Shown: positions 42,283 through 52,974, numbered from the stretch's first letter. The stretch is DNA of 64,000 nt from an uncultured Verrucomicrobiota bacterium (GCA_947305775.1 CAMZEN010000003.1:24410-88409); one strand, 5' to 3'. The notes: generated by a model not told the origin, from the letters alone. Program-made: numbers and translations.

Positions 42283-44157
42283 ATGAAATACCACACCAGG
42301 GGCATTCTTGCCGCCTTCGCACTTCTCGCGTTGCCAGTTGGCGCGATAACCACAACGCTTGAATATGAAGATGCGCGCCAGCTGGCGGATCGGCAGGCTG
42401 CCACAACCTACACCGATGCCGTTGCCCTCGAGCTGAGCTCCGGGATCGTTGGCCTGGAATCGTCCAAGGTTTCCACCAACGATTTTACAGCGGCAACCAA
42501 CGAGCTGGCCGCCGTGCTTGCGCAGAAGGCCGATACCAACAAATACTTGCCGCCAACGCTCACAACCGCCGATCTTTGGCGTTGCGATTGGAGCGGCGAA
42601 GTGCTGCCGCTGCGTTTGGCAACGCCAAGGCCGATATGGCAGAAAGCCTACAACGAAACCCCTGCGCTGTTTTACAGCTCGTCGCCTGTGTTCTGGGGCC
42701 TCAACACAGAAAGCGCAACGGTTCTAACGATTACGACGACCAACGAAACCGCCACTGCGCTTGATTTTGGCAATGGCTATACCATGACGCGACTTGGTCC
42801 GCTTGTGCACGCGGTCTATTCCGATGAGCTCGCTACCGCCATAGCCGATGCTGAGCCGGGCGATTATGCCAACGTTAGTAATAAGGCGGTCACGGCGCTG
42901 CAAAGCTACGATGAAACCGACCCGAATGTGCCGAGCTGGGCAAAGGCCTCTGCCAAGCCTTCCTATACGCTTAACGAAGTTGCGCCAAACTCTGAAAACT
43001 GGATTGGCGTCCAGGGCAACGCGGGCCGCTATATCAAGATTCTTGCACAAACGATTGCAGGCATAATCCAGGGCGGCATTACGATTACGGCGTCAACCCA
43101 AAACGATAACAACAGAACCACTTATATGTATGGCGGCGTTGCAGTGCGGCGAAACGGAACGACAGCTGATTATCTTTGGGACACGACGTCGCAAAACGGC
43201 ATTGTTCGCCGCAAAGACCTTGCGGGCGTCCAGCCGGGCAACTATTCTGCCGTGTCGAACGCCGCAATGTCCGCATCGGAATCAATAGCCGCCGTTGCCG
43301 CCTATCTGAATGGCGATGATGCGCGCGTTGTGATTACAAACTATGATTCGGTAGTGCATATGCCGTCGCTTTCGTTCGAGCAGAAGATAACCAACGTTTG
43401 GCATACGATCTGGGATGAACGCACGCGGTGGGATTGGCTTACCGGCCAATATCTGCCGATCAACTACTACAGCAAAGCGTTGGTTGATGCCTTGCTCGAA
43501 GAAAAGGCCGACCGTGCCTGGGGCTTTTACGATTCGCATACGGGGAACTATGCGCCGGATGGCTATACGTGGGTATCTTCGCCGAAGATCGCCATTGCCG
43601 GGGGGCTGGCCTATCAGCGCACGGTTACTGCCGAAGGTGCGGTTTGGGTGTTGGAGTCCAATGGCCTTGTTGCCGAAACCGGCGGCGTTGTAAGTAATGG
43701 CTTCTTCCGCATATCCGATGATGAAGGCAATGCGCTTCTGGAAATCGTAAAGGGCGACAAGCGCGTGGTTGGTGCGCAGGCCAATAGCGTCCGCACGTCC
43801 GCAAGCTATGCCATTACGCATTTGTACATAGACTACAACGTCGTAAGCGAACAGCACCCGGTGTTGCATATATGCAACGATCTAGCCGCGCCTGATTGGA
43901 AGGCGGAGACCGATTCCGGTTGCCTTGCAAACGTCACATGGACCGGCACTTCCGGGGCTTATACTGCGGAGGTCTGGGGCAAAACAGCACAAGCCGCTTT
44001 GTTCGTAAAGGCCGAATATGAAATTGGCGGCGAAACATACATAAAGAACGCTGCGCCGATTGGGTTTGAATATATCATGCTTGGCGGTCACAAGTATGCC
44101 GTTGGCACTGCGGTTATTTCCGGCAATACAGTCCTTACCCTTACACTGGTGAACTGA
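42283..44157 (+). CDS. Putative tail fibre/receptor-binding protein (copy B)
   Basis: Identical to 10142..12016. Confidence 0.4.
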   Translation: MKYHTRGILAAFALLALPVGAITTTLEYEDARQLADRQAATTYTDAVALELSSGIVGLESSKVSTNDFTAATNELAAVLAQKADTNKYLPPTLTTADLWRCDWSGEVLPLRLATPRPIWQKAYNETPALFYSSSPVFWGLNTESATVLTITTTNETATALDFGNGYTMTRLGPLVHAVYSDELATAIADAEPGDYANVSNKAVTALQSYDETDPNVPSWAKASAKPSYTLNEVAPNSENWIGVQGNAGRYIKILAQTIAGIIQGGITITASTQNDNNRTTYMYGGVAVRRNGTTADYLWDTTSQNGIVRRKDLAGVQPGNYSAVSNAAMSASESIAAVAAYLNGDDARVVITNYDSVVHMPSLSFEQKITNVWHTIWDERTRWDWLTGQYLPINYYSKALVDALLEEKADRAWGFYDSHTGNYAPDGYTWVSSPKIAIAGGLAYQRTVTAEGAVWVLESNGLVAETGGVVSNGFFRISDDEGNALLEIVKGDKRVVGAQANSVRTSASYAITHLYIDYNVVSEQHPVLHICNDLAAPDWKAETDSGCLANVTWTGTSGAYTAEVWGKTAQAALFVKAEYEIGGETYIKNAAPIGFEYIMLGGHKYAVGTAVISGNTVLTLTLVN

Positions 44158-44158
44158 A

Positions 44159-44809
44159 ATGCAGGCCGTTCATAATATCGTTGTATACGCGGCGCTGGCG
44201 CTGATGCTTTCGCTGTGGGTTGGCGTCGTGTGCTTTCGCGGCTGGCAGATTGCGCGCCGTCAAGGCGTGGCGTTCCTGCTGCTTGCCGCATGCTTTCTGC
44301 ATGCGATGGCGAACAAACCGCCTGCGCCAACGACACGCCCGGTTGAGTTCCCGCGAACTGATCCAGAAGTCGCATACCTGACGGATGCCGGTTCTTACGT
44401 CAGCAACAATTTCGTGCATGTGGCGTTCACAACGCTGCTGGTGCCCAATGATGCTGATATCCAGGTTGCCTATTGTCCCCTTGATTCAACAAACGCGGCG
44501 GATGTCGTAACATACTACCAGGCCGCGCTTGGCGCTTTCCCGCGCCCCCTCGACTTTGAATTTGAAGGCGCAATTTCTAACAGGTGGTTTTGCTTCACAA
44601 CATGGACGCCGGGGCCCGCCGTCTATACGAACGGCGTCTGGCGGTCAACGTGGATGACCGACCGTCGCCAGAACCGCTATCTGATACCGATTCGCACGCC
44701 GATAATTCTGGATGGCGCAACGATTGCGCCGCCTGCGCGGCGCGGCGGTAGCGAGAACCTTCTCACAACCCTTGCCAATGATCTGAATGGAGGTAACGCC
44801 AATGAATAA
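44159..44809 (+). CDS. Two-TM membrane protein (copy B)
   Basis: Identical to 12018..12668. Confidence 0.45.
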   Translation: MQAVHNIVVYAALALMLSLWVGVVCFRGWQIARRQGVAFLLLAACFLHAMANKPPAPTTRPVEFPRTDPEVAYLTDAGSYVSNNFVHVAFTTLLVPNDADIQVAYCPLDSTNAADVVTYYQAALGAFPRPLDFEFEGAISNRWFCFTTWTPGPAVYTNGVWRSTWMTDRRQNRYLIPIRTPIILDGATIAPPARRGGSENLLTTLANDLNGGNANE

Positions 44810-45272
44810 ACTGATGTTGTTTTCGCTTGCGGTCGCAATGGCATTCGCCGTGCGTGCCGATGAACAGCCCGCGCCGGTCGACATGTCCGTTCCGGTGGCA
44901 ACGACCCTTTTTTCGGATGGTTCAACGAACGTGTGGACACAGGCCGACTTGCTAGCGGCGCTTCAGCTTATGAATCGCAAGTACCACCGCGAAGTTGAAA
45001 CGCCTTCAGGGCGTGTGGCGTGGCATGGCAGGCTTGTTTCGCAGATCGTCGATACCAACGCATGCGTAAAGACTGAAATCTACGCAGATGGCACGCGCTT
45101 TGAATTTCCGTTTGAACCAGTTGCGCCCGCGAAGAAGCCGAAAACCACTTTGAATGCGAACGGCGTTCCGCCGGCGCTTGCCGAGGCTCGCGCCCGCCGC
45201 GCTGCCGAGAAGGCAACCACCAACGTTGTAACGGTTATCAGCGGACCCGATGCCGCAACGCCTGTGAAATGA
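44802..45272 (+). CDS. Secreted protein (copy B)
   Basis: Identical to 12661..13131. Confidence 0.5.
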   Translation: MNKLMLFSLAVAMAFAVRADEQPAPVDMSVPVATTLFSDGSTNVWTQADLLAALQLMNRKYHREVETPSGRVAWHGRLVSQIVDTNACVKTEIYADGTRFEFPFEPVAPAKKPKTTLNANGVPPALAEARARRAAEKATTNVVTVISGPDAATPVK

Positions 45273-45556
45273 AGATACACGCAACCAAATCGAACGCTGG
45301 CGGCGAATCTACCGGCGGCAAGTTCCTGCGCGTTTTCGCTACCCTCGATGAAATACGCGAGCGGCTTGTAGTAATTGAAACGCGCGATGAAACGCAGCGC
45401 GCGGAGGTTGCGGAAATCAAGAAGCAACTTGGCGAAGTCCAGAAGATGTTGTATCAGATCATTGGCAAGGAGTCCGTTCGTTCGTCGATCTACGGCGTTG
45501 TTGGCGCAATCGTCGCAAGCGTCGTCACATGGATCATTTCGCTGTTTGGGAACTAA
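45269..45556 (+). CDS. Tail-anchored membrane protein (copy B)
   Basis: Identical to 13128..13415. Confidence 0.4.
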   Translation: MKIHATKSNAGGESTGGKFLRVFATLDEIRERLVVIETRDETQRAEVAEIKKQLGEVQKMLYQIIGKESVRSSIYGVVGAIVASVVTWIISLFGN

Positions 45557-45572
45557 GAAAGGAAAAGGCAAA

Positions 45573-45995
45573 ATGGAAGCTGGAAAGAACATATCAGAAC
45601 TTGTCGACCGTACACTTGAATACGGCTTGGGCGGCGTTGAAATCTTCGCCCAATTCCCTGCTGGCAGGATCGCAAAGGAATACAACGGCATTGGCCCGGA
45701 ATGGCTGCCGTCCGAGGAGCGCGATAAGATTACATCTTACCTCTCCATATTCGAACCGGCTGCGCTGATACATGATCTGCGCTTTGCAAAGTCTGATGGC
45801 AAGCGATTCGCGTTCAATTTCGCAAACATGGAGTTTCACGCAAACTGCATCAAGTGCGCCAAGGCGACTTATGGGCTATTGAACTGGCGGCGTTACCGCG
45901 CCTGTTTCGTCGCAGACCTGCTTTATCAGGCGGTAAAATGCGATTGGTGCTGGAAGCGCTGGCTTGAATGTGCGCCAAAAATTTCTTGTACTTGA
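45573..45995 (+). CDS. Cys-rich PLA2-like-motif protein (copy B)
   Basis: Identical to 13432..13854. Confidence 0.45.
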   Translation: MEAGKNISELVDRTLEYGLGGVEIFAQFPAGRIAKEYNGIGPEWLPSEERDKITSYLSIFEPAALIHDLRFAKSDGKRFAFNFANMEFHANCIKCAKATYGLLNWRRYRACFVADLLYQAVKCDWCWKRWLECAPKISCT

Positions 45996-46034
45996 AGCTT
46001 GAAACCACAAACCACAAAAAAGAAAGGACAAAAC

Positions 46035-46613
46035 ATGAAAGCAAAAACCAAAATCGCCGTTCTATTCGTCTGTATCGCTACCGCTTTGGTTCAAAGCGGA
46101 TGCAAAAGCCCAAGAAAAATGCGGGATATTGAGCTAAAGGGCATGTATGTCAACGGCTACAGTGAAGTTCTTGCCATAGGCGCTGGCCGGTTGACGTCCA
46201 TTCCCGGCGAACGTGAAGCGCTTGCGGCACATTACGAGGAAGATACGGCCTGGCTTTCGCCGTCCACCAAAACGCACAAGCTTGATATCTTCCTTGTCGG
46301 CACAAATTCCGTAGGAAGCTCCAAGGAGGTTATTGAGTCCGTCTGCCGAGCCTTCTCAGAAGTTGCGCCGGTCGTTTCTTCCAACAATGCTGCCGTTGCC
46401 AAGGGCGGTGTTACGGCATTCGATCTGCTGAAGGCGAACGCGGGAACGCGGCAGGCCGTGGAAACGGCGAAGCTTGCCGCGCAAAAGGCGTCGGCTGAAG
46501 CAACGGCGGCGGTGGCTAAGGCGGCTGCATCCGAAAAGGCTGCGCCACCGGAGGAGGGCTGCGCAGATTGCGTTGAAGGTGCCGCCGATTGCCCTGAATG
46601 CGAGGATAGGTAA
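46035..46613 (+). CDS. Lipoprotein (copy B)
   Basis: Identical to 13894..14472. Confidence 0.55.
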   Translation: MKAKTKIAVLFVCIATALVQSGCKSPRKMRDIELKGMYVNGYSEVLAIGAGRLTSIPGEREALAAHYEEDTAWLSPSTKTHKLDIFLVGTNSVGSSKEVIESVCRAFSEVAPVVSSNNAAVAKGGVTAFDLLKANAGTRQAVETAKLAAQKASAEATAAVAKAAASEKAAPPEEGCADCVEGAADCPECEDR

Positions 46614-46615
46614 AA

Positions 46616-47545
46616 ATGGCGCGCTACGTGTTGGGTGAGGCGGGGGCGCGAAAGTTCCGTGCGCTCTTGGCAAGCAGGTCGGGCAGCGGTCGCAGGCCTG
46701 GCGGCGTGCCCGGCGTCGTCGACTCGTCGTCGCTTCCGGCACCCTTCACGGTCAGGTATGCCGCTTCCGTCGGCGATGGCGGCGCGTGGATAGTGTGGCT
46801 GCCTGATGGCGCATGTTGCGTTATTGACGGCGGCGAAGTAGATTTGCGCACCGGCCTGGAGGCGGCTGGCGGCGATTATCCAGAAGGCTGGTATATCGTT
46901 GATGCGCTGTCAGACACGGGCGGCAATCTCGTCTTGAAGGTAACGCGCGATGATGGCGAAACCACCGCCGAATTTGCGCTTGCCGAAGAATCCGGCGAAG
47001 AATCGGCGGAGCATGCCTTCTCGGTTCCGGTTGCGGTTTGCAGTCGCAACACCACAACCGGCGAGGTACGAATCCAGCAGCTAGCCGATGGCGCCATTGT
47101 CGTTGGATGCGCTACCGACGGCGACTCCGTCGACTCGCAGGGTGGCGAAGGTGGCGCGGCGCTTCAGATTGCGCATTTTGCCGATGATGAACGCGATAGC
47201 GGCAAGGGGCTCGCCGTTAGGCTTAAGGCCGATGTTCAAACGGGCGAAATCACGGCGGAGTCAGATGATACACTGATGCTTATTGCCCGAAAGGACGGCA
47301 AGATCGTTTATGTGCCGCTTTCCGGTGATGGCGAGGATCCCGCCGAAGAATCTGATGATGCCGCCGATCCGTGCGGGCACCCTGGCGATCCGGCAAAGGG
47401 AGGCGGTGTGTCCGCCGACGATTCGTCCGGCGGCGGTGGCGGTGGTGGATGGGGCCCCGGCAGTGCTGGCGGCGTGCCCGCCACTGATTCGGCTGATGGT
47501 GGCGGCGGCACTCACAAGGGTGACGATAACTGCAATTGCAACTGA
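46616..47545 (+). CDS. Acidic Gly-run protein (copy B)
   Basis: Identical to 14475..15404. Confidence 0.45.
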   Translation: MARYVLGEAGARKFRALLASRSGSGRRPGGVPGVVDSSSLPAPFTVRYAASVGDGGAWIVWLPDGACCVIDGGEVDLRTGLEAAGGDYPEGWYIVDALSDTGGNLVLKVTRDDGETTAEFALAEESGEESAEHAFSVPVAVCSRNTTTGEVRIQQLADGAIVVGCATDGDSVDSQGGEGGAALQIAHFADDERDSGKGLAVRLKADVQTGEITAESDDTLMLIARKDGKIVYVPLSGDGEDPAEESDDAADPCGHPGDPAKGGGVSADDSSGGGGGGGWGPGSAGGVPATDSADGGGGTHKGDDNCNCN

Positions 47546-47556
47546 AGGGAAACACA

Positions 47557-49068
47557 ATGGCAAAATACAAACTCAAAGGTGCGCGTTTCCTGCGCAAGTA
47601 CACGGCAACGGCGGCGACGCCTGTTTATGCGGCGGCAACGGATGCTGAAAACGTCGTTGATTCGATGTGTGATGTACCGTGGGAATCGGCGGGCGCGGAT
47701 CAGGCGACAATGACTTCGCATTCCGATGATAAGGCAGATGGTGCCGAGAGAAGCGGCCTTGATCAGAATGTGATTGACCGCGACCTTTTTGATGCGGCGT
47801 TGTTCTGCGCGGGGCACTCCGGCGGCAAGCACCGCGCCTATGCGAATGCTGCTTGCTATCGCTACGAACTTCCGGCGGCTGCCATAGGCAAAACACTCAC
47901 GGAGCTTGCCGCCAAGGTAACAAGCGACCCGTACAACTCGAAGGGCGCGCGGCTTCACATTTTCACGAACTCGACCGGCGTTATCCCGATGAACTGCCAC
48001 ACGTTGCGCGGCGAAGATGCTTCAGGCGATGTGGTTGAAGATGGCACTACAGCCGCCGAGGTTGCGCCGCGCACGGTCGAAACGGTCAACCGCTCGGACT
48101 ACTGGTACCCAACCACCGAAACGGCTGCGCTTTCGCCAACCGGCGGCCTGGTGCTGCAAAAGTATCTTTTCCTTGTCGTGGCGCTCGAAAGCTACAGCAC
48201 CGTTCGCGGCAACTGGCTTGAGGGGTGCTCTTTCATAAAGAACGCTGTCGAAGTCACGCTTTCTGCTGCCGTGGATGGATGGGACGCCGACGCCGTCAAC
48301 GATGTTTCGGGCAGCGATAGCGCGGCGGAATATGCCGTTATGGTTGGCGGTGCCGTTCCTGAAGCAAGCGGCGAACAAAGCGCTGCGTTCCGCATCGTTC
48401 TTCAGCGGACGGGCGATGCCTTGCCGGATTCTGCAACGTCAACCGACGGGCTTTTCGATCCTGCCGCCTTGAAGACCTCTGCAACCGCTGCGCAGTCTGC
48501 AATCGGCTTGCGGCTCCTTTATGCTGCGCTCTTCGAAGGCCGCGTTTCTTCGATTGCGCCTGAAGCGTTCGCGGCCCGTCCTGGCGCGGCATTCTCCGTC
48601 GCGTCCACAACCGAAATGCGGCGCGCCAATCCGCTTGGGCTTGACGTCGCCGTGCCGGTGTGGAAGCTCACCGCGTCCGCGCTGCTTGTGCCGTTCGCAA
48701 CGCCGACAACGTTCAAGGCGCGGCGTGTTCGGCTCTCTTGGTCCGGCTTCACCGGATCGCCTACAGCGGGCATGAAATGGCGCGTATGGCTGAAGCGTGG
48801 CGCGGCGGCTTACACGGTGCCTGATGTCACGGCGCGAAAGCTCTACCTCACCGATGGCGGCGATGTCGAGGGGTTCCAGCTCGTTGGCGAAATCGCGGCG
48901 GATGGCGAGGCCACATCCGCAACGTTCACGGTTGCGCCGATAACGGATTGCCTTGCCACAATCATGGTGACTGGTTATGTCTCAATGGATGCGGTGAATC
49001 CGTCCGCTGATTCGGCGCTCTGGGGTTGCGCGGTGGAATTTAAGCCGGATATTTCCCTTTTGGGCTAA
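47557..49068 (+). CDS. Hypothetical late protein (copy B)
   Basis: Identical to 15416..16927. Confidence 0.45.
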   Translation: MAKYKLKGARFLRKYTATAATPVYAAATDAENVVDSMCDVPWESAGADQATMTSHSDDKADGAERSGLDQNVIDRDLFDAALFCAGHSGGKHRAYANAACYRYELPAAAIGKTLTELAAKVTSDPYNSKGARLHIFTNSTGVIPMNCHTLRGEDASGDVVEDGTTAAEVAPRTVETVNRSDYWYPTTETAALSPTGGLVLQKYLFLVVALESYSTVRGNWLEGCSFIKNAVEVTLSAAVDGWDADAVNDVSGSDSAAEYAVMVGGAVPEASGEQSAAFRIVLQRTGDALPDSATSTDGLFDPAALKTSATAAQSAIGLRLLYAALFEGRVSSIAPEAFAARPGAAFSVASTTEMRRANPLGLDVAVPVWKLTASALLVPFATPTTFKARRVRLSWSGFTGSPTAGMKWRVWLKRGAAAYTVPDVTARKLYLTDGGDVEGFQLVGEIAADGEATSATFTVAPITDCLATIMVTGYVSMDAVNPSADSALWGCAVEFKPDISLLG

Positions 49069-49088
49069 GCCTTCTTTGGAGTCTGAAC

Positions 49089-51737
49089 ATGAAAGCTGAA
49101 ACAATGATGAAACGAATGCTGGCCGCAACACTTGCGCTTGTGTCCGCAATTGCGGCGAACGCCGCCGAGGTGCGCTCCGTGCCGGTGCCTGTTTCCGTCT
49201 CGCGCGTCAACTGGCGCGGCAATGTGTCGCCGGTCGCACTATCCTTTCGCGCGCGCAAGATTGCCGCCACCAACGCCGTGCCCGTCGTGTGGGGCGACGC
49301 CGATCCGCGCGGGCGCTCCCTGTTTTCGGCTGTCACGCAGTCTTGGACGGTCAATACCGTGCGCGGGCTGCCTTATTCGGGCGAACTCGCGCCGTCCACC
49401 ATGCCGATGCCGGTTGGTGATTATGTGATTGAATGCTGGATGGATGAAAACGGCGACGGCAAGTTCAATCCGGGCGAAGTCTACGGTTGCGCCCGCTACA
49501 CGCTTCCGGCAACTGGGGATGTTTCGCGCGTTGAAATGGAAATTGCGGAAGTGTCGCCAAACTTCATGCGCGTTGATCTTGCAAAGGTTTTGGATGTGCA
49601 GCAAAGGTATGCGGGCGACCTTGAAGCCGGGCGAAACGAGGCGCTTCGCGCGGTGGATCGCGGCAAGTGGTGGGTTCCCTGGGCGCAGGTTGATGTAATA
49701 TCGTCACCAAACGCAACCAATCTTGCGTTTGGCGTTTCCGGCACTGTGCCCGCTTGGCTGGTTTGTCGCAGAATAGGAGCGGCGGCTTATTACAAGGTGC
49801 TTGCGTCGCTTGGCTCCTACCGGCTTGCGGATTCGCCGATCATCACCGAGGCCGATCTGCTTGCCGCCGGGATCGTTGAACCCTGCGCGGTGAGCGGTGG
49901 CGGTTCCTCAACAGCAGCAATTGTGGTGTTTGCCATTGTCGTTGGTTCGCCGCCTGCCGAAAATTCCGAAAATGGGAACTCGTATTTGATGCTTGAATGT
50001 CTGAATGGCCTTGGGAAGGGGCTGCCTATTGTGTCCCCTCAATGTGCTCGCGCGGTCGAAACCTATTCTGGCCGCGTTGTGTTTTCGTGGAATGATTTAA
50101 TGATGAACAAACTTAATGGTACGCTAGATCAGCCGAATTTCCTTCGTCCTGAACCGGCATATGCCGTTAAGGTTTGGGATACAAGCCCTGCAACAAATCT
50201 GGTGTATTCTTCTGGAGTGATTTCGCCGCCTCGTGATGCGGATGGTCTCTATCACTGGGTTGCGCCCGCCTCACTGCAATTAAATGCCAATTCGAATTAT
50301 GTCTGGCAGGTGTTCGAGGCTGATAGCAGCAATGAATGGGCGTCGTTCGCGCCTCGGCGCGATATATGGCAAGAGTCGTTCAAGTTGGCGGATGCACCCG
50401 AGTTTGTGCCGCCGATGCCGCTTGTCGCGCCGTTGACCGTGCCGGTTGCCGTCTCTCACGTCGAATGGCGCGAGACATGGGCACCAAAGCTGATGTTCGG
50501 CGCAAGCGCGGTTTCGTCTTATGGCGGCAGGCTGGTGACATGCGATCCTGCGTATTGGGAGCCAAGCGGGCTTTCGTCGCCGTTGGTGTCATGGGCGCTT
50601 CAGCCCATTTGCGGACTGCCATACGCGGGGGTTCTCTCCGCGCCTGAATCGCCAATGCCGATTGGTGATTACATGCTGGAATGCTATAATGATGAAAATG
50701 GTGATGGCAAGTTCAATCCCGGCGAGGCCTATGGTTGTGCAAAGTTCGCGCTTACGCCGTCCGGCGTCGTCGAGCGTGTAGAAATCGAATTGACCGAAAT
50801 ATCGCCTGTGTTTCCGCGCTTTGATTGGCAGGATATGTTTGCCATTCAAAGCGGATGGGCCGCGTCCACAAATGCCGCATATGCGGCGGCGTTCGCCGCA
50901 ACGGATCGTGGCGCGTGGGAAATGCCTTGGGCGGATGTGGAACGACCGGAATTTTACATCAGTACCAATGACTGCTGGCTTGCCGCGCATCCGGCAACGA
51001 ATCTGGATTTTGTAGCGTCGGGCAATGTTGGCGCATGGGTGGTGCTGCGCGACATTAATGGGGCTGCCATATACTCGCTTCTGAGGCCGTACATGGAGAC
51101 ACGTTCGGGATTCAAGGTATATCCGGCGCGTCGGTTTGGGTCAATGGATATTGCGGGGCGTCGAATCTTAACCGAGGCCGACTTTGTTGCCGCCGGTGAT
51201 TTGGATGTTGGCTGGGGGCTTTTGGGCGGTCGGTGGCAGGCTGTCGGCGGTTCGCGTGATGCAATAACGAACGCGACTTTTGTTGTCTTGCTTGGTGATA
51301 GGGCGCTTGAAGATGATTGGCCTGTGCATGTAGCGTATGACAATGGAATGCGTGACCGTTATGGCAAAAACGAAGCCAAGGCCGATCAGCTGATTGTCGC
51401 CGTGCGCAACAAGTATGAATATGGCAGCGCACCGACCGCCGTGTCCGATCTTGCTGTAACTAATGGCGTTGCTTCATGGTCGCATGCAAACACGATTGCC
51501 AAAGCATACCCGGCGGCGCAGGTCCGCATATGGTCCGATTCGGCAAAGACTTCACTTGTGTGGGATTCCGGCCCGATCAAGGCACCGGCGCGCGATTCGG
51601 GGGGCGTCTATCACTACAGGCTGCCGGGCTCGGCCCTGCCGCCTTCAGGCTCCACATGGTACATCGGTGTTTCGATGCTTGATGCCAAGTTCACCGAGCC
51701 TGCCGCCAACGAAACGGTTGCAGCCTTCACGCGCTAG
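49089..51737 (+). CDS. Secreted 882-aa duplicated calcium-loop protein (copy B)
   Basis: Identical to 16948..19596. Confidence 0.55.
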   Translation: MKAETMMKRMLAATLALVSAIAANAAEVRSVPVPVSVSRVNWRGNVSPVALSFRARKIAATNAVPVVWGDADPRGRSLFSAVTQSWTVNTVRGLPYSGELAPSTMPMPVGDYVIECWMDENGDGKFNPGEVYGCARYTLPATGDVSRVEMEIAEVSPNFMRVDLAKVLDVQQRYAGDLEAGRNEALRAVDRGKWWVPWAQVDVISSPNATNLAFGVSGTVPAWLVCRRIGAAAYYKVLASLGSYRLADSPIITEADLLAAGIVEPCAVSGGGSSTAAIVVFAIVVGSPPAENSENGNSYLMLECLNGLGKGLPIVSPQCARAVETYSGRVVFSWNDLMMNKLNGTLDQPNFLRPEPAYAVKVWDTSPATNLVYSSGVISPPRDADGLYHWVAPASLQLNANSNYVWQVFEADSSNEWASFAPRRDIWQESFKLADAPEFVPPMPLVAPLTVPVAVSHVEWRETWAPKLMFGASAVSSYGGRLVTCDPAYWEPSGLSSPLVSWALQPICGLPYAGVLSAPESPMPIGDYMLECYNDENGDGKFNPGEAYGCAKFALTPSGVVERVEIELTEISPVFPRFDWQDMFAIQSGWAASTNAAYAAAFAATDRGAWEMPWADVERPEFYISTNDCWLAAHPATNLDFVASGNVGAWVVLRDINGAAIYSLLRPYMETRSGFKVYPARRFGSMDIAGRRILTEADFVAAGDLDVGWGLLGGRWQAVGGSRDAITNATFVVLLGDRALEDDWPVHVAYDNGMRDRYGKNEAKADQLIVAVRNKYEYGSAPTAVSDLAVTNGVASWSHANTIAKAYPAAQVRIWSDSAKTSLVWDSGPIKAPARDSGGVYHYRLPGSALPPSGSTWYIGVSMLDAKFTEPAANETVAAFTR

Positions 51738-52819
51738 CGGGCCGCCGCTTCCATAGCCGCCTTGACTTCCGCAAGGTGCGCATCATGGTCGTAGCGCTCG
51801 GCGTTCTCGTCCGTCGTATGGCCGAGAATGCGCTTGCGTGTTTCGATGCCCGCGCCAGTTTCGGCAAGGCGCGTGGCGGCGGTGTGCCGCCAGCTGTGGA
51901 ACGTATAGCCTTCGTCAATGTCCGCTTCGTCCAGAACTTCGCGGAAGCTCAAAAGCGCCTGGACGGTCTTTCCGCGCATGCCGTAAAGATCGGCATGCAG
52001 CGGAAATAGGTACTCGCCTTTTCGCTTCAGGCCCGCAATAGCCTTCTTCACGGGTTCGATGATCGGCAGCGTCACCGCGATGCCGTAGCGTTTCGTTTTC
52101 GTCGGCTTCTTGTGGATAACGCCGCGCTGCAAGTCCACTTCATCCCATTTCATGCGGGCAATGTCGCCGTATCTGAGGCCGGTGTGCCGGGCTATGATGC
52201 AGATTGGTTCCCAATCCTTGCCGACCGTGCGCGCGGCGGAAATAATCGCTTCTTCCTGCTCTGGCGTGAACGCCGGTATGCGTTCGCCGTCGGTGTCGGT
52301 TGGCGCAAGCTTCGTCCAGGGGTTGCGTATGTCTGGCGAAGTCTTTTCAAGGAGCGCCCATATCGTAGCAAGGTGCCCAATGATGTTCTGGCGTGTTTTT
52401 GATTTGCGCCCGCTCTCGGCTAGCTCTTGCGCGTACTTGGCGGCGATTGCGCCGGTTACGGCTTCGACGGTGCGGATCGTTGCGGCCTTCTTCGCAACCC
52501 AATCGCAAAAGTTCCTGAAGATGTTGCGCCGGTCAGTGATTGTTCTGGTGGAAATGTTCAGCTTGCCGACAGCCTTTGCAAGTTCTTCGTACTTGGCCCA
52601 AGCCGCGTCCAGCGGCAGCATGCCTTCTACCGGCTTCTTGTAAAGCATCTTCAGTACGTTTACGGCCTGCTCGAACGTTGGCATGGTGCGCGCGGTCTTA
52701 ATGGCCTTCATCCATGCTTCTGCTTCGTTGAACTTTCGCGTATGCGTGGACTCGCGGTGCTTCACGCCGTCTGTGATGTATTCTATCCACCAGACTCTGC
52801 CGCGCTTATACAAGTGCAT
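51734..52819 (-). CDS. int: Tyrosine integrase (copy B)
   Basis: Identical to 19593..20678. Lies 133 nt from the tRNA 3' end. Confidence 0.9.
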   Translation of the reverse strand: MHLYKRGRVWWIEYITDGVKHRESTHTRKFNEAEAWMKAIKTARTMPTFEQAVNVLKMLYKKPVEGMLPLDAAWAKYEELAKAVGKLNISTRTITDRRNIFRNFCDWVAKKAATIRTVEAVTGAIAAKYAQELAESGRKSKTRQNIIGHLATIWALLEKTSPDIRNPWTKLAPTDTDGERIPAFTPEQEEAIISAARTVGKDWEPICIIARHTGLRYGDIARMKWDEVDLQRGVIHKKPTKTKRYGIAVTLPIIEPVKKAIAGLKRKGEYLFPLHADLYGMRGKTVQALLSFREVLDEADIDEGYTFHSWRHTAATRLAETGAGIETRKRILGHTTDENAERYDHDAHLAEVKAAMEAAAR

Positions 52820-52951
52820 CTGCGCACACTCCCTTCACGCGATTTGCGCCTGCTGCGGCGGTGCGGGGAAACTTCCGCCGCACACAGACCGCACACAGTT
52901 TCTGCAATGCACTTTGTGCGTTTGACCCAATGTTTTCAATGCTTTTCATAC

Positions 52952-52974
52952 TGGTCGGACTGGCGGGGATCGGA
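52952..52974. other. attR core (shared with 20811..20833)
   Basis: Phage/host divergence starts at 52975 (cccgcg..., the tRNA body), whereas copy A continues as tgtgtg... at 20834. Confidence 0.8.

Larger units (their letters stand above)
20834..52974. mobile_element. Prophage copy B, complete 32,141-bp unit (attP-type junction to attR)
   Basis: Regulatory, replication, methylase and terminase modules (20834-32141, single copy in the window) are followed by a second copy of 1-20833. The right end is the 23-nt core inside tRNA-Lys. Confidence 0.85.
32142..52974 (+). repeat. Arm 2 of the 20,833-bp direct repeat
   Basis: Same as 1..20833 with offset +32141. Confidence 0.95.
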
